Notes under the pieces: generated by a model
Databases searched by the model: none
Seen by the model: only the letters and a program-made list of their open reading frames with translations
What the model was told of the DNA's origin: nothing
Shown: piece after piece, positions 33,901 through 45,500 of the stretch
Layout: every line of letters starts with the position of its first letter
Numbering within the stretch: position 1 is the stretch's first letter
Made by a program: the position numbers and the translations under genes
Assembly: GCA_965219415.1 (NCBI GenBank)
Contig: CBDCNP010000002.1
Location: 2,592,001 to 2,656,000 of the forward strand
Source: Candidatus Marinacidobacterales bacterium
GTDB lineage: Bacteria > Acidobacteriota > Vicinamibacteria > Marinacidobacterales > DATDRI01
DNA length: 64,000 nt
Direction of reading: 5' to 3'

Positions 33901-34279
33901 ACCGGAACGAACTCAAGACCTGCATCAGCCTGAGCGTTTCGGATAGACGCGTATACTATTGCGAACGGGCACCGCTGCGACCCGCTACGAAAAATAGTTG
34001 TCCGCCGCCCTGGGAATTCCGGCCCGGAATGTGCAGCGTGCCGAAGATTCGGAACAGTGACCCAGCCGAATCATGCCGAAACCGCCTCACGGCCGGGCTA
34101 AGCGAGACGGCGCATGATCGTTGTCGGCCACCGCGTCGCGTCAGGTTCCTCCATCCCGAACCGGACGTCCCGTTCCCGCCGGGGAGGTTCACATTGTGGA
34201 TAGAGTATCCTGAGCCCAACCTTGCTGCCGCTTTCCAATAGTCATATAAATGGTCAGATATATCGGCGCGGAGAAAAGC

Positions 34280-34540
34280 ATGAACAACACATGGCAGGTC
34301 CATGAGGCGAAGGCCCGGTTCAGCGAGTTTCTCGAAGCGAGCTCCAGGGAAAGGCCACAATTCGTGATCAAGCGTGGCGTGGAGGCGGCGGTGCTTCTGC
34401 CCATCGAGCAGTGGCGGAGGTTGCGGAACACGGCGCAACCCGATCTGAAGGAACTGCTGCTCGCGCCGGAAGCCCGGACCGACACCCTCACGCCGCCTCG
34501 CGCGCGGCATGGCCATCGCCCGGCATCGGCCTTCGAGGAA
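34280..34540 (+). CDS. Phd/YefM antitoxin (expected stop codon not seen)
   Basis: WQVHEAKARFSEFL...PQFVIKRGVEAAVL. Confidence 0.82.
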
Positions 34541-34544
34541 GGCG

Positions 34545-34953
34545 GTGTACCTTCTCGATACCGACATCGTCTCGGAACTCCGCCGTCCCAGGCCTCACGG
34601 GGGAGTGTTGAACTGGGTCGAGGGGATTCCCGCCGACCGGCTGTTCCTGTCAGCCGTGACGGTCGGAGAAATCCAGGCCGGCATAGAGATCACGCGCGAG
34701 CGGGACACGGCGAAGGCGCAGGAGCTGGAAACCTGGCTCGGCCGGGTTGTCCGCCGGTTACGGCGTTCTGCCGATGGATGCGGCCGCCTTTCGGGAGTGG
34801 GCGCGTCTCAAGCATGGCAAGTCGGACACTCTGATCGAGGACGCCATGATCGCGGCGACGGCGAGGGTGCACCGATTGACGGTGGCGACGAGAAACGTTC
34901 GCGACTTCCGGGAATTCGATGTGGAATTGTTCGATCCTTTCGAGCATGAATGA
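34545..34953 (+). CDS. vapC: VapC PIN-domain toxin (frameshift near 34750)
   Basis: YLLDTDIVSE, EDAMIAATA, TRNVRDF. Confidence 0.85.
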
Positions 34954-35169
34954 GAGGGACCGAACTGGAGAGAGCATGACGAAGGCTCCACCGATCCCTT
35001 TGCGAACCAGATATCGGCCGCAATCGCGGGTTCCGCCGCGCTTGTGGTTCTTCCCGACACGGTGTCGTGGTCCACAGCCGTCCGCCGCATGCAACCTTGT
35101 CGAGGCGATGAACGGGATTGGCCCGCCCGCGCCGGGCGGCCGCACCGTTCAACCGGCGGGACTTCCGCA

Positions 35170-37542
35170 TTGCTGACTGAAGCCGACACCTGCCGGAAGT
35201 TTGTCGTCCCCAGACTCCAGGCGGCGGGCTGGGACACGCCTCCGTACGCCGTCAACGAGCAAAGGACCTTCACGGATGGACGGATCGTTTTCGTCGGCCA
35301 AAAGGCCCGGCGCGGGCGGCAGAAGCGGGCGGACTACCTGCTGCGGTATCGGCCGGATTTTCCGATCGCCGTCGTCGAAGCGAAAGCGAAGTACAAGCAG
35401 GCCGGCGAGGGCCTCCAGCAAGCCAAGGAATACGCGGAGATACTGGGGCTGAAGTTTGCCTACGCGACCAACGGCGCCGAGATCATCGAGGTCGACTATA
35501 CAACCGGAATCGAACGCGTGGTCGCAGGCTTTCCCGCACCCGACGATCTCTGGCGGCGCTTGCGGGCCGCCGAGGGGATCGCGAACGACGAGATCGCCGA
35601 GAAGCTCCTCGCGCCCACCCGGCCCGACAGAAGCAAACCGCTTCGCTACTATCAGGAGATCACGGTCAATCGCGCGGTGCAGGCCGTTCTTCAAGGGCGC
35701 GCGCGGATCCTGCTCACACTCTGCACCGGCGCCGGCAAGACCGCCGTGGCTTTTCAGATTTGCTGGAAGCTCTGGTCCGCCCGTTGGAACGGCAAGGGCG
35801 TCAACCGAAGGCCGAGAATCCTGTTCCTGGCCGACCGGAATGTCCTGGTGGACGATCCGATGGCCAAGGACTTCAGCCCGTTCGGCGACGCGCGGCAGAA
35901 GATATCCGGAGGCCCCGCGGTCAAGAGCCGGGAGATGTACTTCGCCATCTATCAGGCCATTGCCCGCGACGAGAACCGTCCCGGCCTGTACCGCGAGTAT
36001 TCCAGGGATTTCGTCGATCTCATCGTCGTGGACGAATGCCACCGAGGCAGCGCCCGCGACGACAGCAACTGGCGGGAAATCCTGGAATGGTTCGAGCCAG
36101 CATGTCAGATCGGCATGACGGCGACGCCGAGGCGGCAGGACAACGCCGATACCTACGATTACTTCGGTGATCCGATCTATCAGTACAGCCTGGCCCAGGG
36201 GATCGCGGACGGATTTCTCGCACCGTATCGCGTCCACCGCGTGATCACCGACTATGACGCCGCCGGCTGGCGGCCGGACAAGGGCGAGTTGGACCGGTAC
36301 GGCCGGGAAGTTCCGGATACGGAGTACCACACCCGGGATTTCGAGCGCGTGGTCGCGTTGAAGGCCCGGACCCACGCAATCGCGCGCCACCTGACAAGTT
36401 TCCTGAAGGAAACGGACCAGTTCGCGAAGACGATCATCTTCTGCGTGGATCAGGAGCACGCCCTGGAGATGCGTCATGCCCTCGCGGCGCTGAATCTGGG
36501 CGTGATGAAGGATCATCCCGATTATGTCTGCCGGGTGACGGCGGACGAGGGCGACATCGGGAGCACCCATCGCGCCAAGTTTCAGGACGTGGAGACCAGG
36601 ACTCCCGCGATCCTGACGACGTCGCAACTCCTGACTACGGGCGTCGACGCCCCCACCTGCAGGAACGTCGTGCTGGCCCGGGTCGTGGGCTCCATGCCGG
36701 AATTCAAGCAGATCATCGGCCGCGGCACACGCCTGCGCCCCGATTACGGCAAGCTGGCCTTCAACATCGTCGACTACACCGGCACCGCGACCGAGAAATT
36801 CGCCGATCCCGATTTCGACGGGGAACCGGTCGGCGAGCGGAAAGACGTGATCGACGCCGAGGGCGAAATCGTCGAAGAGACAGAAGAACATGATACCGCC
36901 CCCGAACAGCTGGATATGCCGGACATTGCGGTCGGGCACGCCGATGTGCCGGACGGGCGGGACACCCTGCCGCGCAAGTACTATGTGGACGGTGGCGAGG
37001 TCGAGGTCGTTCGGCATCTGGTCTACGAGCTGGATACCGACGGCAAGAAGCTCACCTGCCGACAACTTACCGACTATGCCAGGGATAGGGTCCGTACGCT
37101 CTACCCGAACGCTTCCGAACTCCGCCGCGACTGGCTCGATCCGGAGCGCCGCGCGGAGATCATCGAGCGGCTGAAGGAAAACGGTATCGATCCGGACACG
37201 CTCGGAGAAACGGTGGGCAAGCCCGAGGCCGATCCGTTCGACCTGTTGTGCCATCTCGCCTACAACGCTCCTCTCAGGACTCGCCGGGAGCGGGCCGAAC
37301 ATCTGCGGCGGGAAGAAAGCGATTTCTTCAAGCGGTTCGAATCCGAAGCCCGGCAAGTGCTCGATGCGCTTGTCGAGAAATACGCCGAGCATGGAAGCAC
37401 CCAGTTCAAGCTGCCCGACGTGCTTGAAGTGCCGCCATTGAACGAGTGGGGCAACGTGATCGAGATCGCAGCCCGCTTCGGCGGCAGTCGGCAACTCCGT
37501 GGCGCCGTCGGGGAGCTTCAGCGTCTGCTTTACGGAGCTTGA
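35170..37542 (+). CDS. hsdR: Type I restriction subunit R (EcoEI-like)
   Basis: TEADT, VVEAK nuclease motif, TGAGKT, DECH, QIIGRGTR. Confidence 0.93.
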   Translation: MLTEADTCRKFVVPRLQAAGWDTPPYAVNEQRTFTDGRIVFVGQKARRGRQKRADYLLRYRPDFPIAVVEAKAKYKQAGEGLQQAKEYAEILGLKFAYATNGAEIIEVDYTTGIERVVAGFPAPDDLWRRLRAAEGIANDEIAEKLLAPTRPDRSKPLRYYQEITVNRAVQAVLQGRARILLTLCTGAGKTAVAFQICWKLWSARWNGKGVNRRPRILFLADRNVLVDDPMAKDFSPFGDARQKISGGPAVKSREMYFAIYQAIARDENRPGLYREYSRDFVDLIVVDECHRGSARDDSNWREILEWFEPACQIGMTATPRRQDNADTYDYFGDPIYQYSLAQGIADGFLAPYRVHRVITDYDAAGWRPDKGELDRYGREVPDTEYHTRDFERVVALKARTHAIARHLTSFLKETDQFAKTIIFCVDQEHALEMRHALAALNLGVMKDHPDYVCRVTADEGDIGSTHRAKFQDVETRTPAILTTSQLLTTGVDAPTCRNVVLARVVGSMPEFKQIIGRGTRLRPDYGKLAFNIVDYTGTATEKFADPDFDGEPVGERKDVIDAEGEIVEETEEHDTAPEQLDMPDIAVGHADVPDGRDTLPRKYYVDGGEVEVVRHLVYELDTDGKKLTCRQLTDYARDRVRTLYPNASELRRDWLDPERRAEIIERLKENGIDPDTLGETVGKPEADPFDLLCHLAYNAPLRTRRERAEHLRREESDFFKRFESEARQVLDALVEKYAEHGSTQFKLPDVLEVPPLNEWGNVIEIAARFGGSRQLRGAVGELQRLLYGA

Positions 37543-37549
37543 ACCGGAA

Positions 37550-39118
37550 ATGGCGACCACCGCCCGCAAGAGGAAGGCCGCGACCGGGCCGTCCACCACC
37601 GCCCAGCGGCTTGACAACGTCGTCAAATCCGCGCGCAAGGTCATGCGCAAGGACAAGGGCCTCAACGGCGACCTCGACCGGCTGCCGATGCTGACCTGGA
37701 TCATGTTTCTCAAGTTCCTTGACGACATGGAGCGGATCGAGGAAGAGCGCGCCGCGCTCGCGGGACACGAGTTTCGGCCGGTCATCGAACCGCCCTACCG
37801 CTGGCGCGACTGGGCGGCCTCCGCCGACGGCATCACCGGGACCGATCTCCTGACGTTCCTGACTGCCGAAGAGGCCGTTCTACCCGACGGCTCGACAGGC
37901 CCCGGACTGTTTCCCCATCTGCAGAGCCTGAGCGGCGACAACGGCCGTCGCGAACGCCGCGATGTCGTCGCCACGGTTTTTCAGGGCTTCGCCAACCGCA
38001 TGGAGAGCGGTTATCTCCTGCGCGACGTCATCGTGCTTATCGACCGCATCCACTTCGACTCTTCCGAGGAGATACATATCCTCGGCCGCCTTTACGAGAT
38101 GCTGCTTCGGGAGATGCGGGACGCTGCCGGCGATTCCGGCGAGTTCTATACGCCCCGCCCGGTGGTGCGATTGATGGTCGAGGTCACGGCGCCACGTCTT
38201 GGCGAGACGGTCCTCGATCCGGCCTGCGGCACCGGCGGCTTCCTCGTGGAAGCATTCGAGCATCTGGAAAAGCAAGCCAACACCGTCGAAAAGCGGGAAG
38301 TTCTTCAACGCCGGAGCCTCCAAGGCGGCGAAGCCAAATCCCTTCCGTTCCTGCTCGCCCAGATGAACCTGCTCCTGCACGGGCTCGAAGCGCCGCACAT
38401 CGATCCGGGGAATTCTCTGCGTTTCCGGCTTGGCGAAATAGGGGAGGATCAGCGCGTCAACGTCATCCTCACCAATCCGCCGTTCGGCGGCGAGGAAGAG
38501 GCCGGCATACTGAACAACTTCCCGGAAGACCGCCGCACGGCGGAGACGGCGCTTCTGTTCCTGCAACTCATCATGCGCCGGCTGAAACGTGGCGGAAGGG
38601 GACGAGCCGCCGTCGTCGTGCCGAACGGCACGCTGTTCGGCGACGGCATCTCGGCCCGCGTCAAGGCCGATCTGCTCGCGCGCTTCAATCTGCACACCAT
38701 CGTGCGGCTACCGGAAGGCGTGTTCGCCCCTTACACCGACATCCCGGCCAACCTCATCTTCTTCAACACCGGCGGGCCGACCCGAAACATCTGGTTCTAC
38801 GAGCAGCCCCGCCCCGAGGGCCGCAAGAAATACACCAAGACCAAGCCCCTTGTACACGAGGAGTTCGCGGACTGCCTCGCCTGGTGGAAGAACCGGGAGG
38901 AGAACGAACGTGCCTGGAAGGTGGATGCGGAGGACATCATCAAGTGCGACGAACAGGGTCGCGTGATCGCCTGCAATTTGGATACCAAGAACCCGTATTC
39001 GGGCGAAGCCATGGAGCATCGCGAGCCCGCCGAGATCGTGGATAGCATTATAGAGAAGGAGCGTCGCATCCTCGCCATAATGGGAGAGATCAAAGACACG
39101 CTGGCAGAGGAAGTGTGA
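37550..39118 (+). CDS. hsdM: Type I methyltransferase subunit M
   Basis: GEFYTPR, DPACGTGGFL, NPPF. Confidence 0.95.
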   Translation: MATTARKRKAATGPSTTAQRLDNVVKSARKVMRKDKGLNGDLDRLPMLTWIMFLKFLDDMERIEEERAALAGHEFRPVIEPPYRWRDWAASADGITGTDLLTFLTAEEAVLPDGSTGPGLFPHLQSLSGDNGRRERRDVVATVFQGFANRMESGYLLRDVIVLIDRIHFDSSEEIHILGRLYEMLLREMRDAAGDSGEFYTPRPVVRLMVEVTAPRLGETVLDPACGTGGFLVEAFEHLEKQANTVEKREVLQRRSLQGGEAKSLPFLLAQMNLLLHGLEAPHIDPGNSLRFRLGEIGEDQRVNVILTNPPFGGEEEAGILNNFPEDRRTAETALLFLQLIMRRLKRGGRGRAAVVVPNGTLFGDGISARVKADLLARFNLHTIVRLPEGVFAPYTDIPANLIFFNTGGPTRNIWFYEQPRPEGRKKYTKTKPLVHEEFADCLAWWKNREENERAWKVDAEDIIKCDEQGRVIACNLDTKNPYSGEAMEHREPAEIVDSIIEKERRILAIMGEIKDTLAEEV

Positions 39119-40272
39119 TGGCGACAGTGTACCGCCCGCTTTCCGAGTTTCTACAGAAATCCGAGGACTGGACGCAACCCGAACCGGATAAGACTTACAA
39201 GCAGATCACGGCGCGCCTTTGGGGCAAGGGGCTTTCACTGAGAGCCAAGACTGCCGGTATCAACATAGTCGCCAACCGCCAACTTCGTGCATCGACCGGA
39301 CAATTTTTGATTTCTCGCATTGATGCGCGGCATGGAGCCTTCGGTATCGTGCCGGAGGACTTGGACGGCGCCTTGGTGAGCAATGATTTTCCTTGCTTCG
39401 ATATCAATGAGAACGTGATCTTTCCTCGTTACCTTGAATGGTACGCTCACACCCGAGAGTTCATCGAACTTTGCCGTCGGGCAAGCGAGGGATCGACAAA
39501 CCGGGTTCGTCTGAAAGAAGCCATGTTTCTGGCAACGAAAATTCCTGTTCCACCTCCATTTGAGCAAAGGCGGATCGTGGCAAAGCTTGACAAGGTCGCG
39601 GCCCTGGTCAGCGAGCGGCGACGAAATGTCGAAGCGGCTCAGCGCGAATCGCAAGCCCTATTGCTCAAAGCGTTCGAGAACGTGATTACCGGTGCGCCAT
39701 ACCGCCCCATGGCCGAGATCGCCCCGCTCATCCGCCGCCCGGTCGATGTACAGCCGGACCGAATCTATCCCGAACTCGGGGTCCGGTCATTCGGACGAGG
39801 CACGTTTCACAAAGCCGCAATAGCGGGTGTGGAAGTCGGTTCGAAGAAGCTCTTTCGGATTCAGAACGGGGATCTACTTTTCAATATCGTCTTCGCATGG
39901 GAAGGGGCGGTCGCGGTCGCACGGGAGCAGGACAACGGCCGTGTGGGTTCACATCGCTTTCTCACATGTGTTCCTAATCCAGACATGACCAATAGCAATT
40001 TCCTGCGCTTCTACTTTCTGACAGCAGAGGGACTTCAGAAACTTGGGGAGGCTTCACCAGGCGGTGCTGGGCGAAACCGAACTCTCGGTTTGAAAAAACT
40101 GGCTGCCGTCGAGGTTCCGATTCCAGCCGTTGATAGGCAGCGCCGATTCAATCGATTGCAGCGTCAAATCCACGAGATTGAGGCGATGCACAAATGCACG
40201 GTTCGGGACGTGGACTCGCTGATTCCCATCCTCTTGCATCGCGAGTTCAGTGCTGAAGCGTCCTCCGCATGA
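39115..40272 (+). CDS. hsdS: Type I specificity subunit S
   Basis: Two TRD-like halves, IPVPPPFEQRRIV conserved spacer; overlaps hsdM. Confidence 0.9.
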   Translation: MMATVYRPLSEFLQKSEDWTQPEPDKTYKQITARLWGKGLSLRAKTAGINIVANRQLRASTGQFLISRIDARHGAFGIVPEDLDGALVSNDFPCFDINENVIFPRYLEWYAHTREFIELCRRASEGSTNRVRLKEAMFLATKIPVPPPFEQRRIVAKLDKVAALVSERRRNVEAAQRESQALLLKAFENVITGAPYRPMAEIAPLIRRPVDVQPDRIYPELGVRSFGRGTFHKAAIAGVEVGSKKLFRIQNGDLLFNIVFAWEGAVAVAREQDNGRVGSHRFLTCVPNPDMTNSNFLRFYFLTAEGLQKLGEASPGGAGRNRTLGLKKLAAVEVPIPAVDRQRRFNRLQRQIHEIEAMHKCTVRDVDSLIPILLHREFSAEASSA

Positions 40273-40595
40273 CCGCTCCTAATGTAATGTACGTGCCCTT
40301 CCCACATCCAAGTAAAGAGTCACAGCTCTCGATAGATAATATCGCGCGAAACATACAAGGTGGGAATCGCACGAGTGCGGATCGTTTGTGCGACCGGCGC
40401 GACCGAGCGGGAAGGCGACGCGTGACGACCCGGAACTGGCACGAAATCTGGATGGAGCAGTGCGAGACCGCCGAGACCATCAAGCTGCGGTACGGGTGCT
40501 TCCGCCATCAAGTGATGGAATGGACTCCTCCACTGACATAGACGGCATCGATGTGCCAAAGTCAGTCGAATACGCATCGAAAAGGAGGAGTCCGA

Positions 40596-40821
40596 ATGAA
40601 AGATACGACGATCGCTGTGGATCTTGCAAAGAACGTCTTCGAGATTGCCATTTCGGGAGAAGCGGGGAAGGTGTCCAAGCGACTCCGTGTGAGTCGACCC
40701 AAATTGGTGTCGTTCTTTGCCAAACAGAGCGCTGCCACCGTGCTTCTCGAAGCCTGCGGCTCGGCTCACTTCTGGGCAAGGACGTTCCGAAGGTTGGGAC
40801 ACGACGTCGTCCTGCTCCCCG
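40596..40821 (+). pseudogene. IS110-family transposase N-terminal fragment
   Basis: IAVDLAKNVF...EACGSAHFWAR; cut by a type-A end. Confidence 0.85.
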
Positions 40822-40971
40822 TCCTGTGCCAAAACTCGGCCCTTTTGAAAAACCATGTCTGTAATTTAATGCACCGTAAAGTCTTAGTGTCATTTTACCA
40901 ACACTTAATGGCGGAAGCACCCATGAGGTCTGTGTGAGCGGCAGGGCTGCCCGATCGAACAACGGCTGCCT

Positions 40972-41138
40972 GACCAACAGTAGGAATTGCACATGGTACG
41001 TCATGATGGATCCGAAGATAACACCCTCGGGCCAGACGATTGTAAAGCCCACGGCCCTTGGCACCATCGCAAAACACAGACGCTAAGCTGCTGATTTATC
41101 AGCTATTTCAAGAGGGCCGAGTTTTGGCACAGGACGGG
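40972..41138 (-). mobile_element. Type-A left end stub
   Basis: TIR plus [11 protein letters not shown]. Confidence 0.85.
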
Positions 41139-42200
41139 GAACTCGCGAGCTCCGGGTGCCACGAGCCCGCGTGCGAGACGAGGAAACGGGAGAAACGACA
41201 GAGTTCAGGAGCGAGCTGTTGCCCCGGTACGCGCGCCGGACTCGTGAGGTCGACGAGGCGCTCTTGGGGACGTACTTGTCGGGCGCGAATAGCCGCCGGG
41301 TCCGCAAAGCGCTGAAACCACTGCTCGGTGAGGAGCACCTATCGAAGAGCGCGGTGTCTCGCGTGGTTAGCCGTCTGAAGGAGCGCTTAGAGGAATGTCA
41401 GAACCGTGCTCTCAGCGAGGAGGTCTACGCGATCGTTTACCTGGACGGCTTCCACCTGAAAGTGCGGATGGCGAAACGTGTGATCAGCGTACCCGTACTG
41501 GCCGCGCTCGGGGTCGCGCCAGACGGGCACAAACGTCTGTTGTCATTGCGTCTGGCGGTGAGCGAAGCCTCGACGCATTGGGGCTCCGTGCTGGAGGGAC
41601 TCCAGGCTCGAGGACTCCGGGCTCCCAAGCTAGTGATCAGCGACGGCCACAAGGGGCTGACGAAAGCGCTGGAGAAGTGGCCGGGGTGCCGGTTGCAGCG
41701 ATGTACCGAGCACAAGCGCGCCAACTTGCTCCAACATTGCCCGGCGCACGCACGCCGTGAGCTCCGGCGTGACTACAACCGGATCGTCTACGCCAAGAAC
41801 GGGTTCGATGCTCGCAAAGCCTATGACGAGCTCGTCGCCAAGTGGACGCCTCTCGCGCCGGCCGTCGTCCGAAGCCTAGAGGAGGCCGGTAATCAGCTGC
41901 TGACCTTCTACGAATTCCCTCGTGCCATGTGGAAATCGATTCGAACGACCAAAGCTCTGGAGAATCTCAACCGCGAGTTTCGACGCCGGACGAAAACCCA
42001 AGCGTCGTTCTCCAGCGAGGAGTCTGCGGTCGCTTTGCTGTTTGGGCTTATCGCCTCTGGCCAGATTCAACTACGACGCATCGACGGCTACCAATGTCTG
42101 AGCGAGGTTCTCGAACACGCGGAGGTTGCCGCCTGATATGATACTCTGATGACGGAGTGGAGGGCGCCGTTCTTTTTCCACGGACCTCGGGACACATCCC
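41139..42200 (+). mobile_element. 5'-truncated IS256-family element (ORF to 42136)
   Basis: VYLDG, ISDGHKGL, QRCTEH, RTTKALENLNREFRRR. Confidence 0.88.
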
Positions 42201-42265
42201 ATGGGTGCGCCAGGGAACAATGGCCCCACCCTCTAGTCTGGGCAAATCAAAAAGGAAGGAAATCG

Positions 42266-42715
42266 ATGAATAGAATCATAGCAGTTGTAGCGATTATCGC
42301 ACTCTCACTGAGTACGGTCGGTGCCGCATTTGAACAAACCACCGCAACCTTCAAGAAGTCACGAGTGTTAGATCCAGAAGGAAAGGAGAGAAAGGCAGAA
42401 CTCGTTTTCAAAGACAACATGTTGACGATTCACCGGAAAGGTCACAGCGACGAAGTCTATTCATCCATTCCGTACAAGGGTATTACGTCGCTGCTGTACG
42501 AACGCGCTAAAAGTGCTCGCCTGAAATCAGCTCTCTTCCTTTCACCACTCGTGCTGTTCTCGAAGGGGAAAAAGCACTGGTTGACCATTCAATGGACCGA
42601 AGGCGACAAACGTGATGCGGCGATCCTAAAGCTCGACAAGAAGGAGTATCGAGCCATCCTGGGACAAATATCTGCACGTGCTGATGTCGAGCTCGTAAGG
42701 GAGGAATCAAAATAA
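42266..42715 (+). CDS. Hypothetical secreted protein
   Basis: RBS, signal-peptide-like N-terminus. Confidence 0.65.
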   Translation: MNRIIAVVAIIALSLSTVGAAFEQTTATFKKSRVLDPEGKERKAELVFKDNMLTIHRKGHSDEVYSSIPYKGITSLLYERAKSARLKSALFLSPLVLFSKGKKHWLTIQWTEGDKRDAAILKLDKKEYRAILGQISARADVELVREESK

Positions 42716-43322
42716 CGAACGGAGTGGGAGGTCGCGCCTGTGCCTTCTATTTATTCATCCGCGTAATGGAGATCACGGATATACTCAGCCAGAACGTGCC
42801 CCTGGAGGACGTGCAGTATCTGGCCGGACACTCCAACCCCTCGGGCCACACAGATCTATGACCGGCGTAGACAGCACGTCACTCGCAACATCGTGGAGCG
42901 TGTCTCGATATGAAAGAAGGACCAAGGAAGAGAGACATCCTTTCGAGGCCTGCTAGCAAGAAAGCCGCTGCACGGCCTCGTTCGGCTCCCCGCAATGAAC
43001 CCAAGCCGGTGCCGGTTCCTGTGCTTTCTATTTATTCATCCGCGCGCACCGAACTTGATTAGTCTCCGGTCGGTGCTTCCGCCATTAAGTGTTGGTGATG
43101 TGTACGTATCCCTTTGCAAAAAAAGAGCTTACGATCCATTTAGCGCGCGGCGAAGGTCGTGAGCGCTATTTTGGCTGTAATTTAATGCAGCGTAAAGTCT
43201 TAGCGTCATCCCACCAACACTTAATGGCGGAAGCACCGCCTCACACGGTCAAACCTCTGCGAGTCACCCCGGCAGAGCCGGAGGTTTACCTGTGATAATT
43301 AAAGATCCAGGGGACTAGTGGC

Positions 43323-44786
43323 ATGAGCACATCCAAAGAAGAGTTCACGTCTCGATGGGGGATCCTGCTGACCTCGATCGGCATGGCGGTCGGCACCGGG
43401 AACATCTGGCGTTTTCCACGAGTTGCCGCCGCGAATGGAGGAGGATCGTTTCTCATCCCCTGGGTGATCTTCCTGTTCGCGTGGGCGATCCCGCTTCTTC
43501 TCGTCGAGTTCGCTCTCGGCAAGACCACCCGCCGCGGCCCGGCGGGCGCCGTTGGAACGTTGATAGGAGAACGCTACAACTGGTTGGGCGTTTTCGTGGG
43601 ACTGGTGACGTGCTTCATCACGTTCTATTACTCCGTCGTCACCGGGTGGTGTCTGAAGTACTTTACCGTTTCCTTGGGCACGGTGTTCTCCGCCGACAAT
43701 GCCGAGAGTTACTGGACGCGATTCACTAGCGATCCCATCCAACCGGTCATCTTCCACGCCATAGCACTCGCTATAGGATGCTCCATCATTTATAGAGGCG
43801 TCGTCCGTGGTATCGAGCGGACCAACCGCATCCTCATCCCGGCGCTTTTCGTGCTCCTCATCATCGCGGCCATCCGTGCGGTCACTCTTCCCGGGGCCGT
43901 GAAAGGCCTGGCCTATCTGTTCACGCCGAACTGGGAAGACCTCGGAAACTACCAAGTCTGGCTGGCAGCGCTAACCCAATCCGCGTGGAGCACCGGCGCG
44001 GGCTGGGGCCTGGTCACGACCTATGGCGTGTACTTCCGCAAGAAAGACACGTTCACGCTGACGACGCTCACGACCGCGTTCGGCAACAGTTCGGCTTCGC
44101 TTCTCGCCGGCATCGCGGTGATGTGTACCGTCTTCGCCCTTCTTCCCGAAGACCAGGCCTCGGCCGCTCTCGCTGCCGGCAACGAAGGCCTGACGTTCAT
44201 CTGGATGCCGCAGCTTTTCTCGTCGATGCCCGGAGGGCGACTCTTTCTCCCCATTTTCTTCCTCGCGCTGAGCTTCGCGGCGATTTCGTCGCTCATCGCC
44301 ATGCTCGAAATGGCATCCCGCATGATGATGAACCTGGGTTTTTCGCGCACCCGCGCCGTGGCCACGGTCGGCGTGGTGTCGTTTGTGCTCGGCCTTCCCT
44401 CGGCGTTTTTCATGGGCTTTTTCAAGAATCAGGATTGGGTCTGGGGCATCGGCCTCATGTTCTCCGGTTTCTTCATCGCGGTGACCGTCATCAAGTACGG
44501 AGCGGCGAAATTCCGGGAGGAGCTCATCAACACCGAAGATGAGAAGCATCCGATCGGTAGCTGGTTCGTGTGGGTCATCTCGATCGTCGTGCCGCTCGAG
44601 TTTCTTGCCATGCTGGCATGGTGGTTCTACCAATCGGCGACGCAATTCGATCCCGATGGCTGGTGGAAGCTCCGGAGTGAATCGAGCGTTGGGACCGCCG
44701 TCATCCAAATTTCGGTGCTCGTCGTCGTGGTTGTCATCACCAACACCTACTGGGTCCACCGCCTGAAAAAGAGTAGCGGATCGTGA
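43323..44786 (+). CDS. NSS-family sodium-dependent transporter
   Basis: GMAVGTGNIWRFP, NGGGSF. Confidence 0.93.
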   Translation: MSTSKEEFTSRWGILLTSIGMAVGTGNIWRFPRVAAANGGGSFLIPWVIFLFAWAIPLLLVEFALGKTTRRGPAGAVGTLIGERYNWLGVFVGLVTCFITFYYSVVTGWCLKYFTVSLGTVFSADNAESYWTRFTSDPIQPVIFHAIALAIGCSIIYRGVVRGIERTNRILIPALFVLLIIAAIRAVTLPGAVKGLAYLFTPNWEDLGNYQVWLAALTQSAWSTGAGWGLVTTYGVYFRKKDTFTLTTLTTAFGNSSASLLAGIAVMCTVFALLPEDQASAALAAGNEGLTFIWMPQLFSSMPGGRLFLPIFFLALSFAAISSLIAMLEMASRMMMNLGFSRTRAVATVGVVSFVLGLPSAFFMGFFKNQDWVWGIGLMFSGFFIAVTVIKYGAAKFREELINTEDEKHPIGSWFVWVISIVVPLEFLAMLAWWFYQSATQFDPDGWWKLRSESSVGTAVIQISVLVVVVVITNTYWVHRLKKSSGS

Positions 44787-44970
44787 GCTTGGAGCTCGCG
44801 GAGAAGGACAAAGCACTCCTCGCGGGCGAACTCGGTCGTGCTGCGAAGATGGCGATGTCCATCCTCGTGCGCATGGCCGACGTGTACCGCGCGGAGCGCA
44901 TGCTCGACATCACCGGCGCTCACGTCGACAGCACCATCTACGTTGGCGACGCTGGGCTCGAGTTCAGATC
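44783..44970 (+). pseudogene. Aconitase X (DUF521)-like N-terminus, truncated
   Basis: AMSILVRMA...LDITGAHVDS; cut by a C+A MITE. Confidence 0.7.
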
Positions 44971-45500
44971 AGATCCTGTGCCTTCTATTTATTCATCCGT
45001 GCGCGCCGAACTTGATCGGTCTCCGGTCTCCCGGGACCATGCCTGCATGATCTCGTCGTTTGTTCGCGCTCGGCCCTTGGCACGGCCGCAAACACAGACA
45101 CTAAGTTGCTGATTTATGGGCTATTTCAAAAGGGCCGAGTTTTGGCACAGGACGGGGGTGCTGAATTGAAATTGAAATATCCGACCATCCGAAACGGTTG
45201 TCCGTGCCCTTGCCATCCTGACAAGCTGGCGTGGTGTGGGCGGTGCCTTGACCGCCATCGACCGACCAAGGGTAAAGACGAGGGAGACGAGTCCGGGTTC
45301 GTCGATACCTCCACGGTGATAGGTGCAGGTGTTCCGGTGGCAAGGCGCGATCTAAGGAGATCATCGTCTCCCACGAAAACAGGCTTGCACATTCGCCGTC
45401 TAAAAGCTCTGTGAAGGTCCGCCCTTGCCATACCCCTCTGGCGGCTCACGGACCGCTTAGCAAAATCAAATATAACAAAGGCTTACGGGTGGAAAATCTC

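Noticed and set aside
35149-37785. 878-aa minus-strand ORF
   Set aside because: Antisense shadow of hsdR in GC-rich DNA.
40517-40821. Functional IS110 bridge-RNA system
   Set aside because: Only an N-terminal stub with a short upstream region is present; the C-terminal piece at 32929 appears to come from a different element.
5835-43020. Classical integron
   Set aside because: There is no intact IntI, only ~50-aa recombinase tails; I saw no attC-type structure, and the cargo is truncated and on both strands.
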